A stretch of DNA of 54,431 nucleotides, counting the filler, from Streblomastix strix (lineage: Eukaryota): NCBI GenBank assembly GCA_008636045.1. It is 3 parts of 3 records of this genome, joined end to end, with 100 filler letters (N's around TTAATTAATTAA, not from the genome) between each part and the next. Parts side by side here need not be neighbours in the genome. Positions count along the whole stretch, not along the records: positions 1 to 18,078 come from SNRW01000640.1; 2 more parts are not named here. One strand, 5' to 3'. This document shows positions 1 through 14,400 of the stretch, piece after piece; positions within the stretch are counted from its first letter, which is position 1; each line of letters begins with the position of its first letter. The notes beneath the pieces are model-generated. The model did no database searches and was not told the DNA's origin. It was given only the letters and a program-made list of their open reading frames with translations. A program made the translations under genes and the position numbers.

Positions 1-2
1 GT

Positions 3-342
3 GGAACTGTTTGGTATAAAGGAAAGCAAACAATAGGAAACATACCGTTCATCAATAACCAAACTGTAACACTTGAATTTGATTCAGAGAAAGGAACTCT
101 GTTCTTTTTTGTTGGCGGAGCTCAACAACCAGTCTGCATTACAGGAATTAAGGAGAAAATTCGTTTCATTGTATATTTCATATTATTTTGATTAATTTAA
201 CCTCTATATATCCTAATTAATTTTGTCAATTATAAAGATTTTCATGCATTTTGGTGGTTCAATATGCACCATTGGATCTCTGAAGAAACTCGAAGCGCCA
301 ACATCTGTACAAATTGCGAATAAAAAAGCAATATAATGGTGA
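3..342 (+). CDS. 3' end of a SPRY/B30.2-like domain gene (partial at contig start)
   Basis: Exon 3-170 reads GTVWYKGKQTIGNIPFINNQTVTLEFDSEKGTLFFFVGGAQQPVCITGIKEKIRFI. A GT-AG intron follows (171-237). Exon 238-342 ends ...KKAIQW-TGA (TAA=Gln). The LEFDxEKGTLFFF pattern resembles the SPRY C-terminal strands. Confidence 0.7.
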
Positions 343-907
343 AATTAATGATCATCAACTCCTTTGCAAAATAATAAAGATTTTAAAATAATCTGTACCT
401 GATTTGAACCCCACTTTTTTGATTTGCTTTATATCCTTCAAATAATAAAATATCTAAAAAAGTTCAAATTTTTACTAAATATTATTTATATCTCGCTTAT
501 ATTTTATTATTTAAGCTTTTACTGAATTTGTTGTTGGAAATAAAACTAAGAAATAGGTACAGCTTCCTATTCAAAAACATAAATGATATGTATGAAGTGC
601 AATGCAAGATGAAACAGATAGATATTCAACCCTAAAAAATATAAAAAGTATAAAAATTAAAATAAAAAAAGGATAATTAAATACAAAAGTATAAAAAAAA
701 TTATACGTTAAAATATGATGTCAATATAAACGAATGATAAAATAAACAGGAATATTTAATTTTATATGAATTGTTTAAAAAATGAATAAAAAGAAAAAAG
801 TATAAATTTATAAATATAGTGGAAAGATTAAACTTTTAAGAATTAATAAAATAATAATTCCCAAAATTAATTGGACAGTTATTTTAAGACATATAAATAA
901 ACTAGTT

Positions 908-2960
908 TCATAGAATTACGCAGCATTATTAATTATATTAATCAACTTTCATATCTATTTCATCTTTTTTCAGTTCATTAACTGCATTTTCAGACTCATT
1001 GCTAAATTAAACCCTAATATTAGCATTTTAACCTCCATTTTAATTTTCATGAATAACGCCAATATTTTATTATTCTTTGTTCTTTTCTAATATTTATTAT
1101 TATTGTTAACTATTAGCTGTATTTGATTATTACTATTATAATAATTAGCTATTATTTGAATTTGATTCTTATTATTATTAGCTATTACCTATATTTGATT
1201 CTTATGACGCTTAATTGAATAATATTGGAGAAGAAGATGGTTAAGACTCTTATTGGTGATGTGCAGAAGAATGTTATTTCAGAGACATAATAGGAAGCAA
1301 CATTGTAATATCAGGAAATTATAATTAGTGTTATTAAAGCTATTATGGTGTAAATCCTTTAATTATTTGTTGTTCAACATTTTCTTCTTATTTATTCAAC
1401 TATTATAGTTAATTTTATTAATTTGTTTCATTTTTTTCTTAGCTTTATTTATTTTGTAGATTAATAATTAAAGCAGGGGTTGCAACAATTTAATCAATAT
1501 TCTATTAAATTTGATTGTTATTGTTATTATTATCAGTTTCTTTAGTGAAACTCTAAATTCTTTTAATTAATTATAATTATTATTAGGTTGATTCGTCCGG
1601 TTTTACTGAAAATGGACTTGGATTCTCATCTAATTCTTATTCAACACTAATAATTGATGGTTATTATTATTATTTAATTTCCTGTTTATCATTATTCAAC
1701 TTCAAAGGACTATTTGCAGTTAAATCAAGATTTGATTAAATACTAAGATTTGAATGTTTGATCTTACGACTGATATTAGTTCTTTCATTAGTAATGTTGC
1801 TGCTTATACTACTTTTTTCATTACTTTTATTGCTGTTTGTTAAACATATATATTTGAAATTCACTTTTTTTGGGAATTCGGTAATTTTGTTCTTCTGGAA
1901 GAAAGTGAAAGACATTGGACAAACATCTTCTTGATCTAAATTCAGCAATGCGATTACTTAACGATCTTTAACTTGGCTGTTTTTACTTCTGCTTGACAAT
2001 TATGATTCTTGTTTTTGCTCTATTTGTTATTGATGTGTGAAATGGTTAGAATCATTATTGTTATTGTTAGAATCATTTTTGTTAGTTTCATTATTATTTA
2101 AGTCAGGTTGTGATTTATTTGAATAAATTACTGATATTTCTTCAGGAGAATCACGATTTTGTTTATCATTATCTTGAGCTATATTATCTTATTATTTTTC
2201 TTATTTATTCTCATCAATAATTTAGTCTATCATATCTTATCTTTACTAATTTTATTCATCTCTTTCACTTTCATTCTATATTTTCACATCTTCATATATA
2301 GTTTCCATATCAACTAGATTCAGCTAATCAAACTTAACCAGCCCATTCGCTTTATTGTGATTATCAGATGAAACCAGTTTATTGTTTTTAGAATCAATAT
2401 GCTTAGTTAATTTCTTAGCTGAAGGTGGAAGTTTGCATTGTCCACTTCTCACACATTATTTGACTGATTCATTTCTCCCGCTTTCAGAAGATGCAGAATT
2501 TTGAGATTTGTTGGATTTGGCAGATTAAGGAGATCTTTAAGGAGATCTTTAAGCTATTCTCGGAGAATGAGAATTGCCCAATCTGGCAGATTTGACTAAT
2601 TTTACTGATTATTGTTGTTATTACCGCGAAGCTAATGAATTTGACATCTCAGTGACATTTGTCATTTGAGTTAGAGATTGCATGTTTACATCTGATGGTG
2701 GCTAGAATTTGTATGAGTCCATTTCAGTGAAAGAATCAGATGAATAAAATTGTTGATATGATTAATCGGAATCTTGTTGGATGATTGAATCGTCAGTATC
2801 TTTTTACTGTATTTCTTGTTATTGAATTTCTTGTTATTGTGAAATGATTTCTTTGATATTTGTATTGGATTCATCTATAATATTGTTGGGTGAATTGATT
2901 TTGATGGTTTATTTGTTCAAATCAACAGTTTTATAGTCAATTAGTTATAATGAGTTGTGC

Positions 2961-2994
<34 letters not shown>

Positions 2995-4854
2995 CTTCAT
3001 TATCATATTAATTGGATTTATTTTAAAATGATTAATAATTTGAATAAAGTTATTCTTTTAATTATTATTATTATTAATCTATTTATTGTTGATTTTGAAT
3101 TTAATCTGTTAATATATCTTATTATTAATTGTTTAAATCCTGATGTTGTATTTATTATTCTTAATTCAATAAATTTGATGCACCTTTGATTATGCTAATG
3201 TCCTTCATTATTTGATACTATTAAAACCCAACTTATTCTTATTCTTCTTCTTATTGTTATTATTATTCTAATTATTATTACTAAATTTTCTATTTCTTTT
3301 TCTTCTTACGATTTCCATTATTATGCACATGGGCATGATTATGAGCATGTGCATTTTTTTGTTTCTACTTCATTTTCTCTTCTTCCTCACTGCATAGAGT
3401 AATCATCTTGATCAAATGCTATGATGATATCTTCTCCTATATATTCTTCATATTCAATTCTTATTTCTTCTTATAAGACTTGTTCGAATTCTAGTTCTTA
3501 ATTTCACCATTACTTTATTCTTATTCTTCTTGTTCATTCAGAACAACTTATCGCATTTCATCCATATCCTCTTCCCATTCAAAAGGTGCATCCATATCAA
3601 GTTGATAATCGGATGCGATATCATAGAGCAGTTTTATTATCAACATGTAATCTGGTTCATCGAAGAAACCCAAGTTGAATAAATATTTCTGGATCTGCTC
3701 AAATTGCTTTGGAAGATTGTTCACTAATCTTTTGCCTAGATATTTCTCTTTCATTTTGCAGACTTCGTCCTGTATTTATGGATTAAAAGTAAAATAATAA
3801 TAATAAATAAAGGTATTTAAATGATAAATAATAAGTGGAATAATAATTTAATTATATAATTTTATCAAATAATATTTCATACAATTGTTTTCAATTAGTT
3901 CCAAGGGAGATTTTTCGTTCTTAAGTCAATAAGCATATAAAGTACGCTAATTAAATCGTCTGACCTTCCAAGATCAAATCCAAGGTGAGTTCGCAATGAT
4001 GCATATCGTATTGTACCCCTGAAGTCATTTTATGGTATCTATGTAATAAGATAAGTAATATAAAATATAATAAATCAAAAAAAAATTTTTTAAATGATAA
4101 AAAAAAAACATACTTCATAATTTGTTTATTCGGCAGTAACAAATCTCTTGCATAAGCCTAAATCAATTAAATATATGTTTCCTGCAGTTTCTTACGAATT
4201 TCCAATGGAAATATTTGCCTTATTTATAAAAAAAATGAGAAAATAATAATAAATAAAAATAATAATAAAAAATAATAAACTGGCTTGATATCTCGATGAA
4301 TGAAGCCTGCTTCGTGTAAATTCATCAGTGCTTACGTTATTTGAATTCCTATTTTTAAGATAGAGTGTAGTGTGAAATGAAAAGGAGCTTTGCGGTTCAC
4401 AACATCGCTGTGAAAATATCAGAAAAAAGTAAATAAAGAATTATTACTATTATCTCGATAAGTGGTTGATTCTATACATTAGAGATGGTCCCAAAAGCTC
4501 CATTGAAACGAATCTGTAATTTTTATGTATACCATGATGATAGAACTTTGTGAAATGTGGATTTCCTGTAAAAATAGGAGAAATAAATATAATTCGCTTC
4601 GGTAAATATAAGAACACAGTAATACCTGCCATTGTGTGCATTACAATTGCTTCATTTGTAATTTGAGGTTATGGAGCATTAATATGCTCAAATTTAATAG
4701 CGATCGATGGAGTATTGTCTCCTCCAACGTTTTTTGCAGAAAAAATCTGCCCAAACGAACCAGCCCCGATTAGTGGGCCAAGAATATAAACTCCTTTGAC
4801 AATGTCGCCTTAATGCAACTGATTTTTTAGAGTTGATAAATCAATTTGAGTCAT
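908..4854 (-). CDS. Casein kinase 1 / tau-tubulin kinase family Ser/Thr kinase with long low-complexity tail and C-terminal CCVIL
   Basis: ATG at 4854. Motifs: IGAGSFGQIF, AIKFE, MELLGPSL, GFIHRDIKPAN, IYLIDLGLCKR, FRGTIRYAS, GRSDDLIS, LPW, FFDEPDY. Five GT-AG introns lie in the kinase domain. The last exon (3769-908, 954 codons by length) is Q/N/S-rich and ends QQCCVIL-TGA. Confidence 0.9.
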
Positions 4855-5412
4855 CGTTGGAAAATTCAGAGCTGGGTTATATATCAGGAATTAAAATATA
4901 AAATTAAGATTGGATTAGATTTAATGAACTTAGCTGTCAAAATTAGAGAATTAATTGAACAATTTAATTTTACTCTTAAAATCATAATCGTTAATCGCCT
5001 ACAACCGCGCATATTTGAAATTTGTTTGGTATGCGAACTTGAACAATAATCCTATATATTTATTAAAATGGAAAATATTTATTAAATTTCTTTGTATATT
5101 TTTGAGAACTTTCTTTTTATATTTTCTAAAGCAAGCTACTCTTTAAAAGTGAATACATTATCAATATTTTATAGAAACATTTATTTTCCAGGTTATTTTT
5201 TTTGCCCGTCATATAAAATATATTGCTTGTCAGCTCATTTTACCATTTTCAAAAAACACTTAAATCATTTCTCATTAACCACTCATCCGCACTTAGATAC
5301 TAATATATAATATTAATTTATATATATTAACCAATCATTTATGCTTGAAATTTCATTATTTTTTTCCTTAAACACTTAATTTTTTTTTTATTGACAATGT
5401 TTTATTTTTAGA

Positions 5413-8400
5413 ATGGCTAGCAGCATAGGAGGTGATGAAGAACGAAAGGATTGTTTTTACCTTGAAACTCTAGCCCTTCCTAGTGAAATTCAATCAATGG
5501 TAGTTGGTCGCTTCTTTGACAAGAACGTTGAATCACTAATTCTAGCAAAAGTATAAATCAATAAATTTACAATGTAATTTGTATATTTATTTTTTATTTA
5601 TTTTTTGTTAATTTGTAGTCTACATTCTTAAGTGTATTCCACAATAACGAAGAAGAGGACAATTTTGATTTTGTTGATCATATCTGCGTGTATAAAGAGA
5701 TCTATTGTCTTTGCACATCCGTTTAACCAAATAGGTTTATTTTTATTTATACTTTTATTTACCATATTAAATTAATTCATATATTATTCAAATAATAAGT
5801 TCATTATAATAAATTCATTAATTATTTTTTAATCCATCATTTAATAAACATTTAGTCTCGACTGTCTATTTATTTTATCAATTAATGGAGAATGGATGTT
5901 AATGCAATGGACAAAGACAAAATTCTTTCCATTAGCATCAGGATCGATTTTGAAAGCTATTCAACCGTTGATGAAAAATCCAGAATAACGAAGATTCAGA
6001 CTTGATCCGGTGTGAGAATTAATTATTAATTAAATTAATTGCATTATTTTACTTACTTAATTTATATATATTTGATATATTTTTATTCATATATTTATTT
6101 TTTTTTATTTTTATTATATTTTTATTATATTTATATTTATTCATACATTTATATATATGCCTATATATTCTTTTATATTTATTTATTAATGCATAAGACA
6201 TTTCAATGGGCCGTATCCGTTGTTCCAATCACAGACAATTCTCCTCGTTTCTTCACACGTCCATCACCAAAACATGGATTAAAACGAGTATCAGGATCAA
6301 ATAAACCAATTGTTAGAATCTCATTTCGAGCTGTGATTGTTGTTGATGAAACTGTGTTTGTAGGAGTAAAATATGATGGACCTGATGCGAATTTTCTTTC
6401 TGTGATAAAGAACAATTGGTCTGTAGCTTTGAAACAGTTTCCTGGGAAGTTTGGGTTTTTCAATCCAGATAATAGACATGGATATAAAGAGGAGAATGTT
6501 AATATTATGATCAGAAATGGACTTGAAAATGAATGGAAAGTTTTGTAGAGTGTTGAATAGAATAAGAAGAATCTGTGTATAGCAAATGCAGATACTTTCA
6601 TTTTCTTTGAGGATGATGAAGATTAACCACTGATTATACAATAACAAGAAAATAAATTGAAATAATAACTATTACAGTAATAACAATAATAATTAAATAC
6701 GTCTCTTAATTAACAAAAACAATATCTTTAACCTCTTCACCACAAGAAAAACACCATTCATCTATTCCAGCTAATCAACAGAGTTCGCCACTTAACTTTC
6801 ACCACTTCAATGAAACTAAATCCATTTCCCGTAAAGAAGAAACCTTATATTATGCCTTCATTTCCATTTGCTTCTCCATTAGGAAGAGAAAATGATGGAG
6901 AAATTTGTAGTGTTGGTTTGAGTGAAATTGAACGTAGGGGAAGATTATAATTACCTGAATTTAGTAATAATAATAATAATGCTTCTGTTAAGTAAATAAG
7001 TAGTAGTTATATCAATTTGAATAGGAAATAATAATAATAATTATAGTTAGAGTAATAATTGAATTAGTTTGATATTTAGCAGTAACTGGAAAATGGTGAT
7101 GAATAAAATAATAATTCAGACAACTTTACAAATAATCTAAAATTCTAATAAGTATAATCACAAACCAATCAACAAAAACAATAAAATGACGATAATAAGA
7201 AAATTTCAACAACAATCAATTAAAAATCATAATCCGACATTTCAAACCACTGTTGCACAACAGCAATCGCACTTGTCGACACACCAATCGGACTTAATCT
7301 ACTCTCCTTATTGTTCGACTTCGACAACTGCCGTATTCAGATACATTCATTCGTTATGACTGCAATTCCACCATCAGCGTCGAGATTGATGCCTATAATT
7401 GATGAAACACGAGTTATGAAGACGTTGAAAGGAGAAGATATCAAATTACTGAACAGAGTTCATGCAGGAGATGCTAATTTGGTCAAAGGCGCTTTGGCGT
7501 AAAGTAATGAATAGTTGAATTAGTACTATTCAAGCGATAACAGTATTTATTATTAAGGAGAGAAGTAAATTGAGAAATTAAATGATGAATGCAAAGATAA
7601 TAATACTCCACTTAAGCATAATTCCACTTCACCTTATTCAAATGCTTAATCAGCTTCTAAAATCTAAATGAAATCAAATTCACAAAGTGAAGCTATTAAT
7701 CAGCTTCATAAACATATTATTAAACAGTAGTTCAAACAAAATATTTTCATCATCACTTTTCCAAACAAAATTATACATAAATCCAGATTCAAAGTATAAA
7801 TGAATAATGGAGATTCCAGCAATGATGATGACTAGAGTTAAATTTCAAGTACAACAACAGGAACTGATGATAATACTGACAATTATCGAATAATTGTAGA
7901 ATAAACAAACGAAGAATAAGCAATAATCCATCAATAAATTGAAAATGAGAACATATAAAAAGATTCGCTTATTTTCACTAAATCTGCATCTAATCTAAGA
8001 AATTCACTGTCTACAAACGAACACATTTCAAACTTTCATCCTTTCTTGATCATTACATCTGTTGGAGTAATTCTTTTCACATCACATCTGACTCTGCTTA
8101 AATTCTAATTCCCAATTCCTTTTACTGAACCGCCAATGTGCTGTTTATATGCTGGTGGATAAGAAAAAGATTTAAATAACTTAAATAGCTTGTATTTATA
8201 TGGAAATAACAAATAAAGCTTATATTAAATGCAATCAGAGAAAAATATGAAGAAAACACAACGGCACAGACCATAAAGAGACGTTCATAATTTGGATAAG
8301 CTATTTATAGCGTCTGGAAGAGGATTAATAGTCATAGCGAACGGATAAATATAGAAACACCATTATCCTTTCAAATGGTTCAATCAATTGGCAATGACAA

Positions 8401-11400
8401 ATGGAGCTAACTGGTATTTGTCATTACCAAGTGAAACTATTAAATCGCCTCCTCCATCTGAATAGATAAAAGAATAATAATAATAAAAAGATTTATAAAT
8501 GTAATCATCAATCATTTCAATTATAAATTAAATTAATCAAGCTGATTAAACTGATTAATAATAATAACAAAATGTTTTAGACCTTCTAACTTTATCTCCA
8601 ACCTCACCAAACGCATCAGACGAATCGTCCAGCTCAAAAAGCGACATTGACCGAATCCAACTAAAAATAGGAACATCGATGCTTTTCATTATATCAGCAT
8701 CAAACTCATCAATGATTGTTGATATGAGCACTGGTGCCTTCTACGATTTCCCAGGATCAGAATCCGAGTTCAAAGAACTTAATGAGGGAGGACCCGAAGA
8801 TTTCTAATACAATTCTATATGTGTGAGCAGTGTTGTGCCGATTCCGAATTAATTTTATTCACCGTTCCATTAAATTGAAGATCGGATTGTTCTTGGGGTT
8901 GGCAATGGCAGAACGGGAGCTTTGCATACTCTGGGACTTGGTAATAAGCTTTAGACTATTATGCATGGGAAGTGGTACGACGAATTGCCTACATTATTTA
9001 CAACAAGAGCTTATTCTGGTGCTTAATTGCATGCTTTGTTGCTTGTTGAAGAAGAAAATATTATTGATATTAATAAGGATGAATAATAATAATAATAGTA
9101 GTAGTAGTAGCAATCTGATAAATAATAAACAAAAATTCAAAGAGATTTTAAAAGATAATAATAATACAGCTATCCATATGCAAGTCCGCCATATTCATAA
9201 GATAATTTACGCCAAACATATACATCATCTGTATATTCATTACACGAAGAAGTTGTTGAACCAATTGATTCTGCATTCATTGGAATTGACAATCAGAAGA
9301 AAACATTAGCATTTTCTGGAGCATAAGGTGCGTTTGTCTAAATTACTACATCTGATGTTCGAATAATTCCTACACTTAAGTTTTCTGCACATTTTGTAAG
9401 TAAAACAACTAAAAAAGAAATTTAAGAATTTTCAGATGAAACCTCCGAGTCATAATAAGAATAATAATAAGACACATAATAGGAATAAAAAGATGAAATT
9501 GAGAAAATATAGGAAATAAGATCAGAATTTGTAGGATTTGATGCATAACATGGTATTATTTGGCCAGCTCCAGTTATTCTCACTGAAGAACAATGCTAAT
9601 TGAGAATTGAAACTCTTCAACATAGCGGATCAAATACAAGTCCTTATAAATCTATGATAAATTAATCTTCAATAAATCAATAACCACAAAAAATAGTATT
9701 TGAATGTGCGTGTGTTTCAGACAATTTAATAGCCATTTCATACAAATGTATTGTATTTGTACTTGTTTGGAACCCATCAAAACCTAAAATTATATAAACT
9801 TCACCAGTTCAAGATTAATAATAACAACAACAGCAACATTAACCAGATATTCAACAAACAATCTCCCAAATTCCAGCCATTCTTCGTCCAGTTGCAACTC
9901 TCTGTTTCCCCTCAAAAGTCATATCACTGAATGCATCTACAATCTGCACACGATCTTTCCTTATTGTTGGATGTGATTCTCCAGCTGCAGTTTTTCTATT
10001 CCGACTGGATAATATTCAGATATCGTAATTGACTGAATAAGCTAGAAAAAAACTATGGGATGATGGTGAAAGATTATTGAATACAATGAAATACCAGATT
10101 GCATATCCAACTGTTTAAAGACCTGATTTAAGATATATAATTTAGAATGGGATTAAAAACAATACAAATTCTGATTAAGATTTAAATGAATATAATAATA
10201 GACATTCAGTTAGATTTGGAGAAAGTAATGAATGTTCAGTTATTACTGGAAACTATGGAGGAGGAAGTCTAACAAGAGGTTCAAGAAATTAATAACAATC
10301 ATAAAAATAAATTCGTTTTATTGAAGTAATGAGTGGTTCACGTCAATATGTTGAAGTGCAATACTCATCAAATGCGATAATGACTGCATTGCTTGATTTG
10401 TATACATTTGATCGACCATAGTAAATTCTACTGACAACTTTCAACAGACATGTTCGCATTTTCACATAAGAAGAAGTTGCCGATAGCGATTTAAACCCAC
10501 TTTTTAACATTACTCCACGAACAGAAGGTGCATTAGCATATCAATCATCAGAAAGCGACGATTATTTCAATCAGAGAAATTACTTGAGAAATGATGGATC
10601 TGTTTTACTCATAGCTGGAGCTAATGGTCAATTATCATCAGTTATAATCCCATTAACATCATTACTTGACTTTGAACCTAGCTAACCAAAAAAAGGAAAA
10701 AAATTGAGTTCCGCATAATTCTTCTTCCCATCAATAATAACAACAATGAGGTTATTCCCAATGAAAGCTAAGATAGTCGAAGATGAATCAACTGTATATT
10801 TATATGGAGATCGAGCTTTTGCTCTTACTTGGAATGATCGTGTATGTAAGATTGTTTGGACAGATCTTGAAAATTCGGGTATCATCCATTCTCTATAACC
10901 GATGCATGTTGTTGATCAGAATTAATAACTTCAATTAAATAACGAAAACAGTGGAAATAAATAAACTCACAACCATATAAGAGAGAGATAGCATACAATC
11001 AAAGAAGATGATAATATAAAAACATAATTACCACATCCAACACTTGCTTGGATCGATTATGTAGAGAAGAAACTAACCTTTGGAACTGTAGATAAAAGAA
11101 GCATACTTACCAGATAAATAAAAGACTTGCCATCACTTCCATTGGCTGTTGCATATATTCCAACACTTCATGCAGTGGCGTGTCTGTGTAGAGAGCAGAT
11201 TTAGCATAAATATTATGATCCTGTTGTCGAAGATAATGAAATTTATGATCCACTAAGATTTATAGATAATAGAAATAAAAATGATTGTAAATAATAGTAA
11301 AATAAGACAAATTAAACATCTGATGTTTATGAAATAGATTAAAATATGCTTACTGGTTTAGGATTGGATGTTTCTGGTATTTCAAGTGTAGATCAATAGT

Positions 11401-14400
11401 TATATATGCCTTTCCATGAAATATTCGTCAATTATTTATAAGAAAGAGAAAAGATTAATGAAAATAAATAGTATTAAATTGATTGTACTAAATCTCCTTA
11501 ATCTACATCTTCTAATTCCGAATAATTAAATAATTTATCAATAAAGAAAAGAAACTAATTCTCCCGAAATTATAAACAAAGTCAATTTTTCCATGATTCC
11601 ATTTCAGATGTTGATGGAAAGGGAGATTTATTCATAGATATTGCAGCTGACTGGTACATTGAAAGTCATTCAAAGCATTACAAGGACTATCGACCTAAAA
11701 GATTGCCTCCATACAAATCTAATGCACCAAAAGTTAATTTGTGCTATTCATCGAAAACTAACTTCTCAATTGCGTATCCGCAATATCTTTCACCAATGAC
11801 AGTTGCTAAAGCTTTAGAGAACCAGAATCTACGTATGAATTTTATGAAAATTAATTAATTGTTTAAATCAAATGATGAATTTATTATTCATAAAGATTAA
11901 TAAATTACTCCAAAAAATGAAGATCAAGCAATTGAAATTAACAGTTATTTACCTTTGCCATCAAATAATCAATAGTCTCAGATCATATCACAATCTATAG
12001 TAAATACATCTTCAATGACTCCACTTCCATCAGATATTTAAAACTAAATCAAATATTAGCACAAAAATTAAAAGATTGAATTAACTACATAATCATATGA
12101 ATAATTTGTGAAGACAATCACTAATTCGTATGTAATTATTCTATATGATGAAACAGAAATGGATTTACGAATTGGATATTTAAATCTTTCTCGCTAAATT
12201 CTCGATTTTGGAAAGAATTTGCATGATTTACAAAACATCTAAACAAATTCAATTAACTAAAATAAAATGATAAAAGCTCAAAGCTACCAAAATATTGACA
12301 ATGTTTTTTAAACAACGGAGTTGTATAACTTCTTCAACATGGCTTGTGTTCCAATTCCAACCCAACAAGGCTTCAATGAAACAATGAAGATTCAACGTGG
12401 CACATATAATGAACTAACTGAAGCTTCTAAAGAATTTGGATATGATTAGAAAAACGTGGATTAAAGTTCAAAACTGTTAAATGACATTGATTTTAAAGAA
12501 AATTTAAATGGTAGTAATATGATCAAATAAATGATAAAATTGTAAAATCAGTTAGATAGAAATTAATCCAAAATTGGAACATAATCCAGTAATTAATATC
12601 AATAAAAAGAATAAATAGATGAAATGATATAAAACAATGAAAAATTCGATTAGAATGAATATCTAACAAGAAAACAAACAGAATTAGAAGAATACAGAAA
12701 AAGAAATAACTTTACATTCAAGAATGACTTTGAAATGTTGAAGCCAATGCGCCAAGATGAATTTAATGATCGATATGCACGATCTCTTTTATGCATTGCA
12801 GGTCGAGAAAGCACATTTGGATCGTAGAATTTTGATTTTTCTTAATCTAGTAAAGATCCAAATTCAAATATTCATTAAAATGATGATATGAAAAGTGAAC
12901 CATTGTATGAAAGCGCGATAACTGATATTTTTATCTATGAAGTCGATCGACATCATATATTGGCTAATGGAAGAATATAAGCTCTAAATTTGCTTGAGAA
13001 ACAACTCATTAACAAATCAAAGAATCAAAACAATGAAAATTGTTCAACGCATGAAAATTAAATTCATTTTACTGACGAATAAATCCAGTCTTCTATAGAT
13101 GAAAGTGAAAAACTCGAACATTCCTATGGAGATTTTTCAACTTCAGCCATGTCGCAATCCACTGACAAGATGTATATTCTCAATGTATCAATAATACTTC
13201 AGAAACGGATACGATTTCTAGGTGGTGTACAAGGACTATATACCCAACCAAGTACTTTAGTTGTTTTGAACGGACGCGGTGCGCATGTGTTCCTTTTGGG
13301 GCCGCGATTAGACGATGCAAATATATCTATATAAAATAATATTTATAAAATAACTGCAAAAAATAAAATGTTGTAATAATCATTGCAAAAGAAGAAAAGT
13401 CAAGAAAAAGATTAATATGATAAAATTAACGACGAATTAGATAAAATTGGTTATATATTTAAATCTGTTGATGACGAAAATGACTAATTCTATCATTCTG
13501 AATATTGCTCATGTACATGTCCACTTTTCTCAGAAAGTGGAGATCATTTTCAAACAATACCTTATCACACATCAATTACCAACGTCAGAAATATTGTTGA
13601 TAGCAAAGGTAAACCAAAAATATGGTCAGTGCTATAACTTCCAAAGATTAGGTAGTTGTTTGCATACAGCAACGATAATTCAGCATTTCCAACCAAGCCA
13701 ATTGAGAATTACTCGATTTACAGTCCATTCGCATTCAATATTCTCCAAGCTGCATTAATCATAGCACCATCACCAATTACATCATTTTCTATGCAATGGT
13801 CATAAATTCGACCTTCAGTATAACCACTTCCAACATCAGTGCTGTCATCAACAGCCCACAATTAGAAAAGCACTTTCAGAACACTGACTGCTCATCATAA
13901 ACAGACAAATCTTATACCTGAATATCTTATAGCTCCTCCATTTATAAGAGCTGCGCTTGTATTTGCGCCCTGTGGATTTGCATTTATTGATTTAGTTCGT
14001 GGATATTCTGCATAGTTGAATAATATTATGGAAGCAAATAAACATCAACAACGTTTCTGCACTTGGAATCAGAAAGATATTGAGATTATTGAAAATTTAA
14101 TTTAAAATTCAAAAGAATCGATTTAATGCAAGAAATAGATAAAGAAGAAGAAGAAGAAAAAGGCGTAAATATAAAAATAAATAAATAAATTGCCATAAAT
14201 AAATTTTTCTAAGATTCTAAATATTGAACCTGAAAATTAATCTCATTCAATTAAGAATTCCCAGAAAAATGAAGTTTAAGAGAAGATTTCATTGATTGAA
14301 CCATCGATCATGTCACTTTGTTTTGCACAAAGAAGATGCTTTCATTGCAACAGGGTCTATAAAATACCTAAATTTTATCCATCTGAATATTTGCTCAAAT

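Noticed and set aside
2940..3300. (TAT/TAA)n microsatellite-like tracts here and throughout the window
   Set aside because: They encode poly-Gln/Asn low-complexity protein under this genetic code, or are ordinary AT-rich intron sequence.
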